From: an uncultured Gemmatimonadales bacterium | GTDB lineage: Bacteria > Gemmatimonadota > Gemmatimonadetes > Gemmatimonadales > GWC2-71-9 | NCBI GenBank assembly: GCA_963828735.1 | Contig: CAWHFW010000002.1 | Coordinates: 192,001-256,000, forward strand | Direction: 5' to 3' | Length of the DNA stretch: 64,000 bases | Shown here: positions 31,149 through 40,202 of the stretch, one piece after another | Position numbering within the stretch: position 1 is the stretch's first letter | Layout: the number at the start of each line of letters is the position of its first letter | Position numbers and translations under genes: made by a program | Notes under the pieces: generated by a model | The model's database searches: none | What the model was told of the DNA's origin: nothing | The model's input: the letters and a program-made list of their open reading frames with translations, nothing else

Positions 31149-31223
31149 CGGGGCTGACGGGGCTCGAACCCGCGACCTCCGCAGTGACAGTGCGGCACTC
31201 TAACCAAGCTGAGCTACAGCCCC
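31149..31223 (-). tRNA. tRNA-Asp(GTC), CCA not encoded
   Basis: GGGGCTG acceptor stem, TAGCTCAG D arm, anticodon loop CTGTCAC, GGTTCGAGCCC T arm. Confidence 0.96.
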
Positions 31224-31238
31224 TGAACGCGAGGGCGG

Positions 31239-31267
31239 AATATAGAAGGTCGGGGGTAGGGCGTCTA
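31239..31267 (-). promoter_or_regulatory. Sigma70-like promoter of tRNA-Asp
   Basis: TAGACG-17 nt-TATATT followed by GC-rich discriminator CCGCCC just upstream of the tRNA. Confidence 0.55.
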
Positions 31268-31347
31268 GTGGAGACAGTCGCGCATCACAGGGCGCACGTC
31301 GTGCACGGACCTGCGCCGCGCACGCCATGCGCCCCACGAGCGTCGAC

Positions 31348-33150
31348 CTACTTACAGTACGCCTTCGTCATCGCCGCGACGCGCGGCTTGTACTGCTTGA
31401 TGATGCCCAGATTCTTGTCCACCGCCTCCGGGTTCGCCGTCCGGCCGGCCGTCAGAGCCGTCTCGGCCTCGCCGAGCAGCGCCCCCTCCTGCTTCGCCAG
31501 GTCGCACGACTTGCCCTTCTCAGCCTGTGGATCGATCTGCGGGACCTGGAACAGCGTGGCGAGACCCAGCAGATAGTTCGCGGCCGGCGCAACCTTCCCC
31601 GCCGGATTCGCGGCGGAGACCGACATCCGGAGCAGCTCCGCCGCACCCTGGAGATCCTGCGGCTGTTGCAGCAGCGGGGCGGCGCCCGTGTAGAGCAGCG
31701 CGGCCGCGTTCTCCTTGGCCTGTGGATCGCCGTGTTTGATTGTGTAGTCGAGGAACGGCACGGCCTCCTTCGGGCGCTTCGCATCGATGAGCGCTTTGGC
31801 CGCATTCAGGGCGGGCACAACCGCCCCGGTGTCCTTGGCCATGAGTCGGTTGGTCACCGCCACCACGCTGTCCGTCTGCCCGGTCATGGTGTACGCCTTG
31901 TTCAGGTAGCCGAGCAGGGTGGGATTGTCAGGATACTTCCGCACGCCCACCTGCGACCACTTGAGCAGGCGCGCCGTATCGGCCACCCCACCTGCCGCGG
32001 CTTCTGCCAAGACTTTTTGCGTATCCGCGCTTGTTCGGGCCGACTTGAGGAGCTTCGCCGTATCAGGAACTGCAGGCTCCGCGGCCGCAGCGTTGATCTT
32101 GGTGAAGAAGAGGGTGTCGGCCTTGGTGCTGTCGGTGGCGTACAGCGTCTCGAGTGCGTCCACTGCGCACTTGAAGTCACCGAGGAAGAGGCAGGCGTTG
32201 CTCTTCAGGTCGTACAGATCAGCATTGTACGGATCCAGCTTGAGGCCTTCATCCGCCACCTGAAGCGCGGTCTCCGGGTGACCCGACTGCAGGAAGTACT
32301 TGAAGAGCTCTTCGCGCAGCTTCTGGTTAGTCGGCGCGACGCGCAGCATCTGCTTGAAGGCTTCGAGCGTCTTGGCGGTGTCGTTGGCCGCCTGGTACTG
32401 AGACGCGAGCGCGGTCCACACGGGCAGGCTCAGCGGATCGCCCTTGGCGGACGCCTGCAGGTGCTTCACCACCTCGTCGCGCGACGCCTTCTTGTCCTGC
32501 GCGAGCAACGACAGGCAATACTCGGCGAGCCCGTTGTTGGGCAGGGTCTTGAGTGCCTTGGCGGCGGCGTCGGCCGCCTTGTCCGGCTTGGCCGTCCGCT
32601 GGTCGATGCACGCCTTCGCGTCGCCCATCGATTTGACCGCCGGCTCGAGCGCCTCCGCTAGCCGCTTGCCGAACGCATCGGGCGCCTCGTTGGCGTTCTG
32701 GCTGAGGGTGACCACGTTCCCGGCGTCGTCGTTCACGCCGACGAGGCGCGCGGTGACCGTGTAGCGCCCGCCTTCCGCCTTGTTGAGCGTGGAGCTGATG
32801 AGAAAACGCGCCTGGATGTTCTTGGCGAGCGTCGTGGCGAGCGCCGGACTCAGGATGGCATCGATCGGATAGCCGTACTGCTTGAGGGCGTCGTTCATTT
32901 GCGACTGCTCGACGACCTGATAGTCCCGCCCCACCATCCCCTTCACCTCTTCACGGAGCCCGGTTCCGATCTTCACTGCGGGCGCCGAATCGGCCGATGC
33001 GAAGGCAAACGGGTTCGCGACCATGAAGCGCGGGGAGGTATTCACGGTCTGCTGCGACGCGCGTGCCCCCCGGGGAATTCCCTGAGCCGCGAGCGGCGAG
33101 AGAACCGCGCTCCCCACGACGGCCAGAGCCACAAGACGGAACAAGAACAT
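31348..33150 (-). CDS. Exported TPR-repeat protein
   Basis: Signal peptide (..SPLAAQ), alpha/beta N-domain, then TPR-like helices (LKLDPYNADLYDLK). Lys/Ala-rich. Confidence 0.8.
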   Translation of the reverse strand: MFLFRLVALAVVGSAVLSPLAAQGIPRGARASQQTVNTSPRFMVANPFAFASADSAPAVKIGTGLREEVKGMVGRDYQVVEQSQMNDALKQYGYPIDAILSPALATTLAKNIQARFLISSTLNKAEGGRYTVTARLVGVNDDAGNVVTLSQNANEAPDAFGKRLAEALEPAVKSMGDAKACIDQRTAKPDKAADAAAKALKTLPNNGLAEYCLSLLAQDKKASRDEVVKHLQASAKGDPLSLPVWTALASQYQAANDTAKTLEAFKQMLRVAPTNQKLREELFKYFLQSGHPETALQVADEGLKLDPYNADLYDLKSNACLFLGDFKCAVDALETLYATDSTKADTLFFTKINAAAAEPAVPDTAKLLKSARTSADTQKVLAEAAAGGVADTARLLKWSQVGVRKYPDNPTLLGYLNKAYTMTGQTDSVVAVTNRLMAKDTGAVVPALNAAKALIDAKRPKEAVPFLDYTIKHGDPQAKENAAALLYTGAAPLLQQPQDLQGAAELLRMSVSAANPAGKVAPAANYLLGLATLFQVPQIDPQAEKGKSCDLAKQEGALLGEAETALTAGRTANPEAVDKNLGIIKQYKPRVAAMTKAYCK

Positions 33151-33216
33151 GCCTCATCCTCCACAGAGTGTCGGACCCGATGGGCTAGCAGCCTCCGCGC
33201 GGGGCGCGGCGACGGA

Positions 33217-33291
33217 TGGGCGAAGAGGGATTCGAACCCCCGACATCCTGCGTGTAAGGCAGGCGCTCTGAACCGGCTGAGCTATTCGCCC
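33217..33291 (-). tRNA. tRNA-Val(TAC), CCA not encoded
   Basis: GGGCGAA acceptor stem, TAGCTCAG, anticodon loop CTTACAC, GGTTCGAATCC T arm. Confidence 0.96.
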
Positions 33292-33368
33292 GGAAGATGC
33301 GCAACCCGTTCCCCAGTCAGGGAGTTTCGCCGCAACGCAGGGAGTGTGCCGTGACGGCCAACACGCGT

Positions 33369-33581
33369 TTAGAGGGCGATTCCCACCGGGAAAAGGATGC
33401 AGTAGCCGACCACGAGGATCACGGCGGCGGCACTCGCGTGCCCCGCGGCCAGCGTGAGATAGCCCGCCACCAGCACCAGGACGGCCGCCGCCAGGATGAC
33501 GAGGTTTCGGCGCGTCAGCAGGAATCGCCGGGTTTGGGCGGTGTTACCTGCCGAGGTCACTGAGGAGCGGGAACTAGGCAT
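33369..33581 (-). CDS. Small two-TM protein (DUF3098-like)
   Basis: RRNLVILAAAVLVLVAGYLTL...ILVVGYCILFPVGIAL. Confidence 0.6.
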   Translation of the reverse strand: MPSSRSSVTSAGNTAQTRRFLLTRRNLVILAAAVLVLVAGYLTLAAGHASAAAVILVVGYCILFPVGIAL

Positions 33582-33595
33582 AAGCTATGAGGCTA

Positions 33596-34441
33596 CTACG
33601 GTTTTGGAGGCGGGTCAAGTTCAGGCCCTTCCTCAGCTTCGGGAGCGTCGGGCTCCACGACCCAGCCGACGTCCAGCGCGGCCCGGCGGACCCGATCGGC
33701 CCGGCGCCGGCGGTGGACGAGCCAGAGCACCACGAGGCCGACCACCGCCCATCCTCCACCGGCGATCAGCCACTGGCCCAGGGTATACCGATGTCGGAGG
33801 GCCCGGCGCCACGCTTCCTCGAAGCGCCCAAGCGTAAGGCCCGTCGTGGCCAGCACCGCGGTCTCGAAGTCCTCGCCCCGCTCGAGACGCCCGAGCAGGG
33901 GCGCGAGAGTGCCCGTGGGGTTGCGGTGCGCGAGCTCGGTGACGGCGGAGGCCGCGAGGGCATAGGCCGCGTCCGCGGTCGAGGCCGAGCCGCGCAGGGC
34001 CCCGTCGAGCTCGGTCAGGGAGGGGATCGCACCGCGAACGACGGCGAGGTTGAGCTCGAGGCCTCCAAACCGCTCCCACTCGCCTGCGGCCCAGGCGGCG
34101 TAGCCCTCGTCGAACCAGAGGGGCACGCGCACCGGGACTGCCTCGTGGAGCGCGAGGTGGGCCAGCTCGTGCCGCAGGGTGCGGAGGAGATCGTCCTGGT
34201 CGGCGCGGAGGAGGATGGTGCGAGCGCCCGGGAGCGCGATGGCCGCGCCCCACGTCGGGGCGCGGCCGGAGGTGAGCGAGTCGAGCGTCCTCCCGTCGGG
34301 GACGACGATGAGGCGAAGGGGCCCGGGATCCCGCACGCCCAAGCCGGGCCACTCGGCCGGCTGGTCCGCGGCTCGGGCGAGCGCCCGGGCAACCTCGCGC
34401 TGCGCGGGCCACGCCACGACCGTCACCCGCCCGACCTGCAT
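33596..34441 (-). CDS. Membrane-anchored zincin (peptidase MA-like); true start probably ~40-60 bp upstream
   Basis: LRHELAH...PLWFDEGYA gluzincin motif and C-terminal TM helix. An in-frame hydrophobic leader lies upstream of the ATG. Confidence 0.8.
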   Translation of the reverse strand: MQVGRVTVVAWPAQREVARALARAADQPAEWPGLGVRDPGPLRLIVVPDGRTLDSLTSGRAPTWGAAIALPGARTILLRADQDDLLRTLRHELAHLALHEAVPVRVPLWFDEGYAAWAAGEWERFGGLELNLAVVRGAIPSLTELDGALRGSASTADAAYALAASAVTELAHRNPTGTLAPLLGRLERGEDFETAVLATTGLTLGRFEEAWRRALRHRYTLGQWLIAGGGWAVVGLVVLWLVHRRRRADRVRRAALDVGWVVEPDAPEAEEGPELDPPPKP

Positions 34442-34476
34442 GGCGGCGGGCGTGCCCTGGAGCAGGAGCGCGAGCG

Positions 34477-35343
34477 CTAGGAGAGCAGGCTGCGCGGGAC
34501 CTCACCCCCAGCGGCCGCCACGTCGAGCATCTCCTTACAACGCTTGGCCCACGGGTTGAACTTGTTGGCCTTGTGCCCTTCTGCCCAGGTCTGCATGGCT
34601 TCGTCGCGCTGCCCGGCGAACCAGAGCGCGCGGCCGAGCTCGAAGTAGGCCTCGATCAGGTTCGGGCCCAGCTTCAGGGTCTTCCGGAAGAAGGTCTGCG
34701 CGTCCTCGTACATCTCGCGCTCCAGGTAGACGAGCCCCAGGTAGTAGTGCGCGTAGAGCGTCGCCTTGCGATCGTTGTCGAGGCGGATGGCCTTGGACAG
34801 GTGCTCGATCGCCTCGCCGAAGATCCGCTTCTTGAGGCAGATGTACCCGACGTTGATCCGCGCGAGCGCGTTCGCCGGCTCCTTCATCAGCACCCGCGAG
34901 AAGGTGCCGAGGGCATCGTCGTAGTCCTCGTGAAGCATCTGGGCCCAGCCCAGGAGCGATTGCGCCTGGATGTCGCCAGGCGCGAGCGCGAGCGCCTTCT
35001 CGAGGGACTGGATCGCGCCGGCGTAGTCACCGAGGGAGATGAGGCTCCACCCCTTCTCGATATACGTGGACGCACCGAGATGGTCCGCGTGGACCGCCGG
35101 GCGCGCACCGGTGAACTGGGGCGCCGTCGCGGCACCGGTGGCGTTCCCCTGCTTGTACCGCTCCACGAGCCCCCGGATGTCTTCCTTCATCTGTCCCAAG
35201 TCGCCGAGCGCGCCGTCCACCCGCTTGAAGAGCGCGATGATGTCCCGCTTGACGGTCTCACGCTCGGCCCCCTGCGCGGCGCCGAGTCGCAATTCGATCT
35301 CCTGGAACTGACCCCGCAGGGTCGCGATCCACTGCTCGCTCAT
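34477..35343 (-). CDS. Coiled-coil plus TPR protein
   Basis: N-terminal helical region followed by ~5 TPRs (YAHYYLGLVYLE, AYFELGRA). Confidence 0.85.
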   Translation of the reverse strand: MSEQWIATLRGQFQEIELRLGAAQGAERETVKRDIIALFKRVDGALGDLGQMKEDIRGLVERYKQGNATGAATAPQFTGARPAVHADHLGASTYIEKGWSLISLGDYAGAIQSLEKALALAPGDIQAQSLLGWAQMLHEDYDDALGTFSRVLMKEPANALARINVGYICLKKRIFGEAIEHLSKAIRLDNDRKATLYAHYYLGLVYLEREMYEDAQTFFRKTLKLGPNLIEAYFELGRALWFAGQRDEAMQTWAEGHKANKFNPWAKRCKEMLDVAAAGGEVPRSLLS

Positions 35344-35810
35344 GAGGGGCTTTCCATGGCGGTCAACGCCATCCGTTCGGTGGACGACAACAGCTTGCGC
35401 GCGTTCAGGATGATGATGGTCCGCTCGGGTCGCGTCACGATGCCCATGATGTACGCGGCGGCGAGCCCGCTCACCATCGGCCCGGGGGCGGTGATGGTCG
35501 TGCTGTCCACCCGCATGACCTCGCGCACCTCGTCGACCAGGACGCCCACGCGCTGCTCGCCCAGGTCTACGACCATGAGCCGGGTCTCTTCCCGGATCGG
35601 CGCCGCCAGCTCGAACCGCTTTCGCAGGTCCACCACGGGCACCGCGCCGCCTTCGTAGGGGACGACCCCTTCGAGGAAGTCCGGCGCCTTGGGCAACCGC
35701 GCCGGCGCGACGTGCCGCAGGATCCGCTCGACCTGCAGGATGTCGAACGCGAACTCCTGGGTGCCGACCCGGAAGGTCACGACCTGAATGTCGTCGCCCG
35801 TATCGCTCAT
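35340..35810 (-). CDS. cheW: Chemotaxis coupling protein CheW
   Basis: QVVTFRVG, FAFDILQVERI, LPKAPDFLEGV, VPVVDLRKRF, GVLVDEV. Confidence 0.9.
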   Translation of the reverse strand: MSDTGDDIQVVTFRVGTQEFAFDILQVERILRHVAPARLPKAPDFLEGVVPYEGGAVPVVDLRKRFELAAPIREETRLMVVDLGEQRVGVLVDEVREVMRVDSTTITAPGPMVSGLAAAYIMGIVTRPERTIIILNARKLLSSTERMALTAMESPS

Positions 35811-36235
35811 GCGGCCGAGGTCTCCATGAAGCGCGCACCAAGCGCGGCCAGGTCGAGCAGTGGAATCAAGCCGTATTCCGTGCGGGCCACCGCCGCGGCC
35901 CACGGAAGCGCGCTCCCTGACGGCACGGGGAGGCCCCGGTCGTACAGCACCGATTCGGCCGCATCGATCTCGAGGCAGAGCCGGCGTCCGCCCACCTCGA
36001 CCAGCACGCCCATCTCGGTTCGCTCGTTCGGGCAGGCCCGTCCCTCGAGGAGGGCGGCGAGATGCACGAGCGGCAGGATGCGGCCGCGAATGACCGACAC
36101 GCCGCGCACCGCCGGCTCGATCGACGGCACGGGAAACGCCGTCCCGGGATCGAGGACCTCGACGACCTGAGCGAGCGGCAGCCCCACCACTCGCTCGCCC
36201 GCGCGCACCAGCAGGTGGCCGACGCCGCCTCTCAT
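35807..36235 (-). CDS. cheW: CheW-like protein (divergent)
   Basis: [39 protein letters not shown]. Confidence 0.8.
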   Translation of the reverse strand: MRGGVGHLLVRAGERVVGLPLAQVVEVLDPGTAFPVPSIEPAVRGVSVIRGRILPLVHLAALLEGRACPNERTEMGVLVEVGGRRLCLEIDAAESVLYDRGLPVPSGSALPWAAAVARTEYGLIPLLDLAALGARFMETSAA

Positions 36236-37308
36236 TGGCTTGCCATCCGGTCCAGCTCCTCCCCGACACGCGCCGCGATGCGACCGATCGGCAGAACGTG
36301 GTTTACGCCGCCGGCCTGCACGGCCGCGCTGGGCATGCCGTAGATCGTGGCCGTCTCCCGATCCTGCGCGATTCCGACGCCCCCGGCGTCTCGGATCTCG
36401 CGCAGGCCGTCCGCGCCATCCCGACCCAGCCCGGTGAGGACCACCCCCACCGCGCGGGGCCCGAAGATCCGGGCCACGCTCCGGAACAGCGGGTCGGCGG
36501 CGGGGCGCACGCCCCACACCGCGGGCTCCTGGTCGAGCTCGAGCCGCAAGCCCTCGGTCGAGATGGCGACGCGCATATGATAATCCCCGGGTGCCACGTA
36601 GGCGGTGTCCGCCAGGACCGGAGTCCCGTGCTGCGCCTCGACGACGTTGAGCCGGCTCTGCGAGGCGAGCCGCTCCGCGAGGCTGTGCGTGAACTTGGGC
36701 GGCATGTGCTGCACGATCAGGATCGCCGCGTCCTGTCCGGTCGCGAGCTGCGGTACCAGCTCGGCCAGGGCCCGGGGGCCGCCGGTCGAGGCGGCGATCG
36801 CGGCGCAGCGGCGGGCCCGGCCCGGCAGCGCGAACATCGCCTGCATGTGCGCGCTGCGCGCCGGTCGGGCGAGCACCGGCATCCGAAGGATCTCGGCGCT
36901 CCGCACCGCGCGCAGCGTGCCGATGAGGCGCTCGCGGAACCGGGCGATGGCCTGATCGCTCCGATCCTCCTCCTTCGGGACGAGGTCGACGGCCCCCAGC
37001 TCGAGCGCGCGGATCGCCGCGCCCGTGCCCCGCCCCGCGTACGAGCTCACCACCACGATCGGCCGGGGCGACTCCGACATGATGTAGCCGATCGCGCCGA
37101 GGCCATCGAGATCGGGCATCTCCAGGTCCATCAGGACCAGGTCCGGCTCGAGGTCGTGCACTTTCTGCAGGGCCTCGACGCCGTTCCGTGCCGTTGCCAG
37201 GGCGCGGAAGTCGCCGCTCTCGTCCACGCAGTCGGTCAGCAGCCGCCGGAAGAAGGCGCTGTCGTCCACGATCAGGACGCTCCGCGGCTCAGAGGCTCTG
37301 GATGCCAT
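36232..37308 (-). CDS. cheB: Chemotaxis methylesterase CheB (REC + esterase)
   Basis: [42 protein letters not shown]. Confidence 0.95.
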   Translation of the reverse strand: MASRASEPRSVLIVDDSAFFRRLLTDCVDESGDFRALATARNGVEALQKVHDLEPDLVLMDLEMPDLDGLGAIGYIMSESPRPIVVVSSYAGRGTGAAIRALELGAVDLVPKEEDRSDQAIARFRERLIGTLRAVRSAEILRMPVLARPARSAHMQAMFALPGRARRCAAIAASTGGPRALAELVPQLATGQDAAILIVQHMPPKFTHSLAERLASQSRLNVVEAQHGTPVLADTAYVAPGDYHMRVAISTEGLRLELDQEPAVWGVRPAADPLFRSVARIFGPRAVGVVLTGLGRDGADGLREIRDAGGVGIAQDRETATIYGMPSAAVQAGGVNHVLPIGRIAARVGEELDRMASQ

Positions 37309-37774
37309 GCGACACCGACGAGACCTCGACCCGCCCGTCGGCCACCCAGAGCTTCACGGTGCGGCCGAAGTCGCCGCCGGTCGCCTCGCCCACGAGCGCT
37401 ACGCCGTGCTGGTAGAGCGTCTGCCGACAGGCGACCAGGTTGCGCTCGCCCATCTGGATCGTGCCCGGCGCGGCGAGCGCCGCGAACATGCTCGCGCCGC
37501 CCACCAGCCGGGCCGTGATTCGGCGGCCGCTCGCGCCCTTCTGGGCCATCAACTCGAGGAGGCGCGGGATCGCGGTCTGCGGGAACTTGGCCGGGTTGTC
37601 GTCCTTGCGGCTGAGCGCGGGCGACGGCAGCAGGACATGCGCGAGGCCGCCGACCTTCGCGACCGGATCGTGGAGCACGACGGCGACGCAGCTGCCGAGT
37701 CCGACCGTGACCAGCACGTCCGGCCCCGAGCCGGCCCTGAGGTCGGCGACGCGGACGATGATCGCGCCGTTCAC
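37289..37774 (-). CDS. cheD: Chemoreceptor glutamine deamidase CheD
   Basis: [34 protein letters not shown]. Confidence 0.92.
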   Translation of the reverse strand: MNGAIIVRVADLRAGSGPDVLVTVGLGSCVAVVLHDPVAKVGGLAHVLLPSPALSRKDDNPAKFPQTAIPRLLELMAQKGASGRRITARLVGGASMFAALAAPGTIQMGERNLVACRQTLYQHGVALVGEATGGDFGRTVKLWVADGRVEVSSVSHGIQSL

Positions 37775-38589
37775 GCGGGCCGCCGGTACACGCGCTCGCG
37801 GGGGTCCACGAGCGCCAGCCGGTCGCGGGCCGAGCCGAACAGGGTCTCCACCTTGCCGAGGACCAGGAATCCTCCGGGAAGGAGCGCATCGGCGAACGTC
37901 CGGAACAGCCGCTCCTGCATCGGGCGATCGAAATAGATCACGACATTCCGGCACAAAATGAGGTCGTAGTCGGTGCGAAGCGGCGCCTCGCGGCTCAGAT
38001 CGAGGGGCCGTATGTGGACGCGGCGGCGGACGCGATCGCCGACGCGGAGCGTCTCGCCGCTGTCCTCGAAGTAGCGGCTGACCAGGTCGGACGGCATTTC
38101 GGTCAGGCCCTCGCGGCGGTAGACGGCGTCGCGGGCCCGCTCGAGGCTGGCGCGATCGATATCGGTGGCATCGATCGTCAGCCGGGTGAGCTCGCCCCCG
38201 CGGCCCGCCTTGTCGAGGCAGTCCGCGGCGAGCGCGGCCAGGGTATAGGGCTCTTCCCCCGACGCGCAGCCCGCGCTCCACACGCGCACCTCTACGCGCG
38301 GCCGGTCGAACAGTGTCGGGAGCACCGCGCGCCGGAGCAGATTCCAGGTCTCCGCGTTCCGATAGAACCGGGTGACGTTGATCGTGAGCGCGTCCCGCAG
38401 GTGCTCGTACTCGACCGGCGATCGGCTGAGGAGCGCCCGGTAGTCGTCGTACGTGTGGACGCCGCAGGCCCGCATACGCACCGCGATCCGTCGGCGGATG
38501 CACTTGTCCTTGTACGCCCCGACGGTGAAACCGCTCGTCTGGGCGATCTGTCGCGCGAGCGCCGCGAACGCCGCGTCGTCGGCCGTCAT
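37771..38589 (-). CDS. cheR: Chemoreceptor methyltransferase CheR
   Basis: LTINVTRFYR, WSAGCASGEEPY, ATDID, DLILCRNVVIYF, LGKVE. Confidence 0.95.
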   Translation of the reverse strand: MTADDAAFAALARQIAQTSGFTVGAYKDKCIRRRIAVRMRACGVHTYDDYRALLSRSPVEYEHLRDALTINVTRFYRNAETWNLLRRAVLPTLFDRPRVEVRVWSAGCASGEEPYTLAALAADCLDKAGRGGELTRLTIDATDIDRASLERARDAVYRREGLTEMPSDLVSRYFEDSGETLRVGDRVRRRVHIRPLDLSREAPLRTDYDLILCRNVVIYFDRPMQERLFRTFADALLPGGFLVLGKVETLFGSARDRLALVDPRERVYRRPA

Positions 38590-40202
38590 GGCGCCATGTC
38601 CAGCATCTCGAGGTTCGCCCGCGCCAGCTCGTGCCCGGGATTGAGCTCGGTGGCGCGGCTCCAGCTCTCGCGGGCCAGCGGCTTGTCGCGGCGCTTGTAG
38701 GCGATGTTGCCGAGCTTGAAGTAGAGGTCGTCGCCCAAATCGGGCGCGAGCTTGGCAGCGCGCTCGTAGGCCTCGCGCGCCTCCTCGTAGCGGCCGTTGC
38801 GGTACAGGATGTCGGCCAGGTTCTTGGAGACCTGGGGCAGCGAGGCATCCTCCGCCAGCGCCGCGCGAAGCGCCTTCTCGGCGCCCTGCGCGTCACCCGT
38901 GAGCTCGAGCAGCACCGCGAGGTTGTTCTGCAGGACCGCGCTCGAGGGGTAGGTCTCGACACCGTCGCGCGCGGCCCGGACCGCGCCCGGGTTGTCGTCG
39001 AGCCCGGCGCTCGCGAGCGTGGAGGCCCAGTACCAAAGGGCGGGCGCCGGCTTTCCGCCGAGCAGCTCGAGGGTGCGCGCGAGCCGTCCCTGCGCGACCT
39101 GATGCTCCCCCCGCTTCAGGGCCACGACGCTCCAACCCAGCATGATCCGCGCGTCGTCGCGCGCGCGGCCGGCGGCATCGCCGAAGGCGGCCTCGGCCTC
39201 ATCGAGGCGGCCTAGGCGCTCGAGCGCGTACCCCAGGTTGTGGAGTGCGGCCGGCTTGGCGCCCGCCGCGCCGGCGGCCTGCCGGAAGGCGGTGGCCGCC
39301 TCCTCCCAACGCCCTTGTCGCACGGCGATGAGGCCGAGGTAGAACGGCGCGCTCGCGTCCGCGGGCCGCAGCTCGGCGACCCGGCGGAACTCCCGGAGCG
39401 CCTCGTCCAGCATCGCGGCTTTGTAGAAGGCGATGCCCAGGTTGCGATGCTCGTCCACGCGACCGTCGTTCACCTTCGGCGCGGCCGGGGCCGAGGTGCC
39501 CACCCGGTGCGCGAACCCCGCCGTGATGAGTCCGAAGAGCGCCTTCCCCACCTCGAATTCCACCAACCCGGACTCGTCGATCACCGCCTGGACGTCGCGC
39601 GTCCCGTCGAGCAGCCGGATCAGGCGTCGCTGCTCGGCCGACAGTTCCGGCGCCGACTCCCCGAGGTGAGCGGGGTCCACCGAGAAGATGAGGTCGAAGG
39701 ACGGGATCTTCTTCTCGATCAGGCTCCATTCGTCGACCCGCCGGGCGCCCTCGAGCAGCAGGAACTCGGGGTTGATGCGCACGAGGAAATCCTCGCGCTC
39801 CGGATTGACGCCGGCCTCGAAGTTGAACGTCCCCGACGTCCAGGTGAACAGGTAGTAGACAGCCTCCTCGATCTGGAGGCGGATGTGGCTCTCCAGGTCC
39901 TCCCGGCTCACGAAGCCGAGCTCGACCAGGATCTCGCCCAGCTTGTGCTCGCGGTCGCCCTCCTGGCGATCGATCGCCTGCTGGAGCTGCTCGGCGCTGA
40001 TGCGCCCGCCTCGCAGGAGGATGTCGCCGAGCCGATCGCGGCGGTTCACGATCGCCGCGTAGACGATGTGGCCTTCCTCGAAGTAGATCGTGCCGAAGTT
40101 GTGTCGGTCGGCGAGGGCCAGGCACCCGGTCCGCCGCCCGAGGAACAGCAGCTGGATCACGTCGGGAAGACTCGCTTCCTTGAGGCTGCCCTTGATCGCC
40201 AT
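38586..40202 (-). CDS. DUF4388 + MshEN-like + TPR protein
   Basis: KGSLKEASLPDVIQLL...TG...IYFEEG; RLGDILL...Q and KLGEILV...Q; WTSGTFNF; LLLEGARRVDEW; C-terminal TPRs. Confidence 0.85.
   Translation of the reverse strand: MAIKGSLKEASLPDVIQLLFLGRRTGCLALADRHNFGTIYFEEGHIVYAAIVNRRDRLGDILLRGGRISAEQLQQAIDRQEGDREHKLGEILVELGFVSREDLESHIRLQIEEAVYYLFTWTSGTFNFEAGVNPEREDFLVRINPEFLLLEGARRVDEWSLIEKKIPSFDLIFSVDPAHLGESAPELSAEQRRLIRLLDGTRDVQAVIDESGLVEFEVGKALFGLITAGFAHRVGTSAPAAPKVNDGRVDEHRNLGIAFYKAAMLDEALREFRRVAELRPADASAPFYLGLIAVRQGRWEEAATAFRQAAGAAGAKPAALHNLGYALERLGRLDEAEAAFGDAAGRARDDARIMLGWSVVALKRGEHQVAQGRLARTLELLGGKPAPALWYWASTLASAGLDDNPGAVRAARDGVETYPSSAVLQNNLAVLLELTGDAQGAEKALRAALAEDASLPQVSKNLADILYRNGRYEEAREAYERAAKLAPDLGDDLYFKLGNIAYKRRDKPLARESWSRATELNPGHELARANLEMLDMAP

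Noticed and set aside
31149..33291. Genomic island at the tRNA genes
   Set aside because: No integrase, no duplicated tRNA 3' end, and housekeeping-like flanks.
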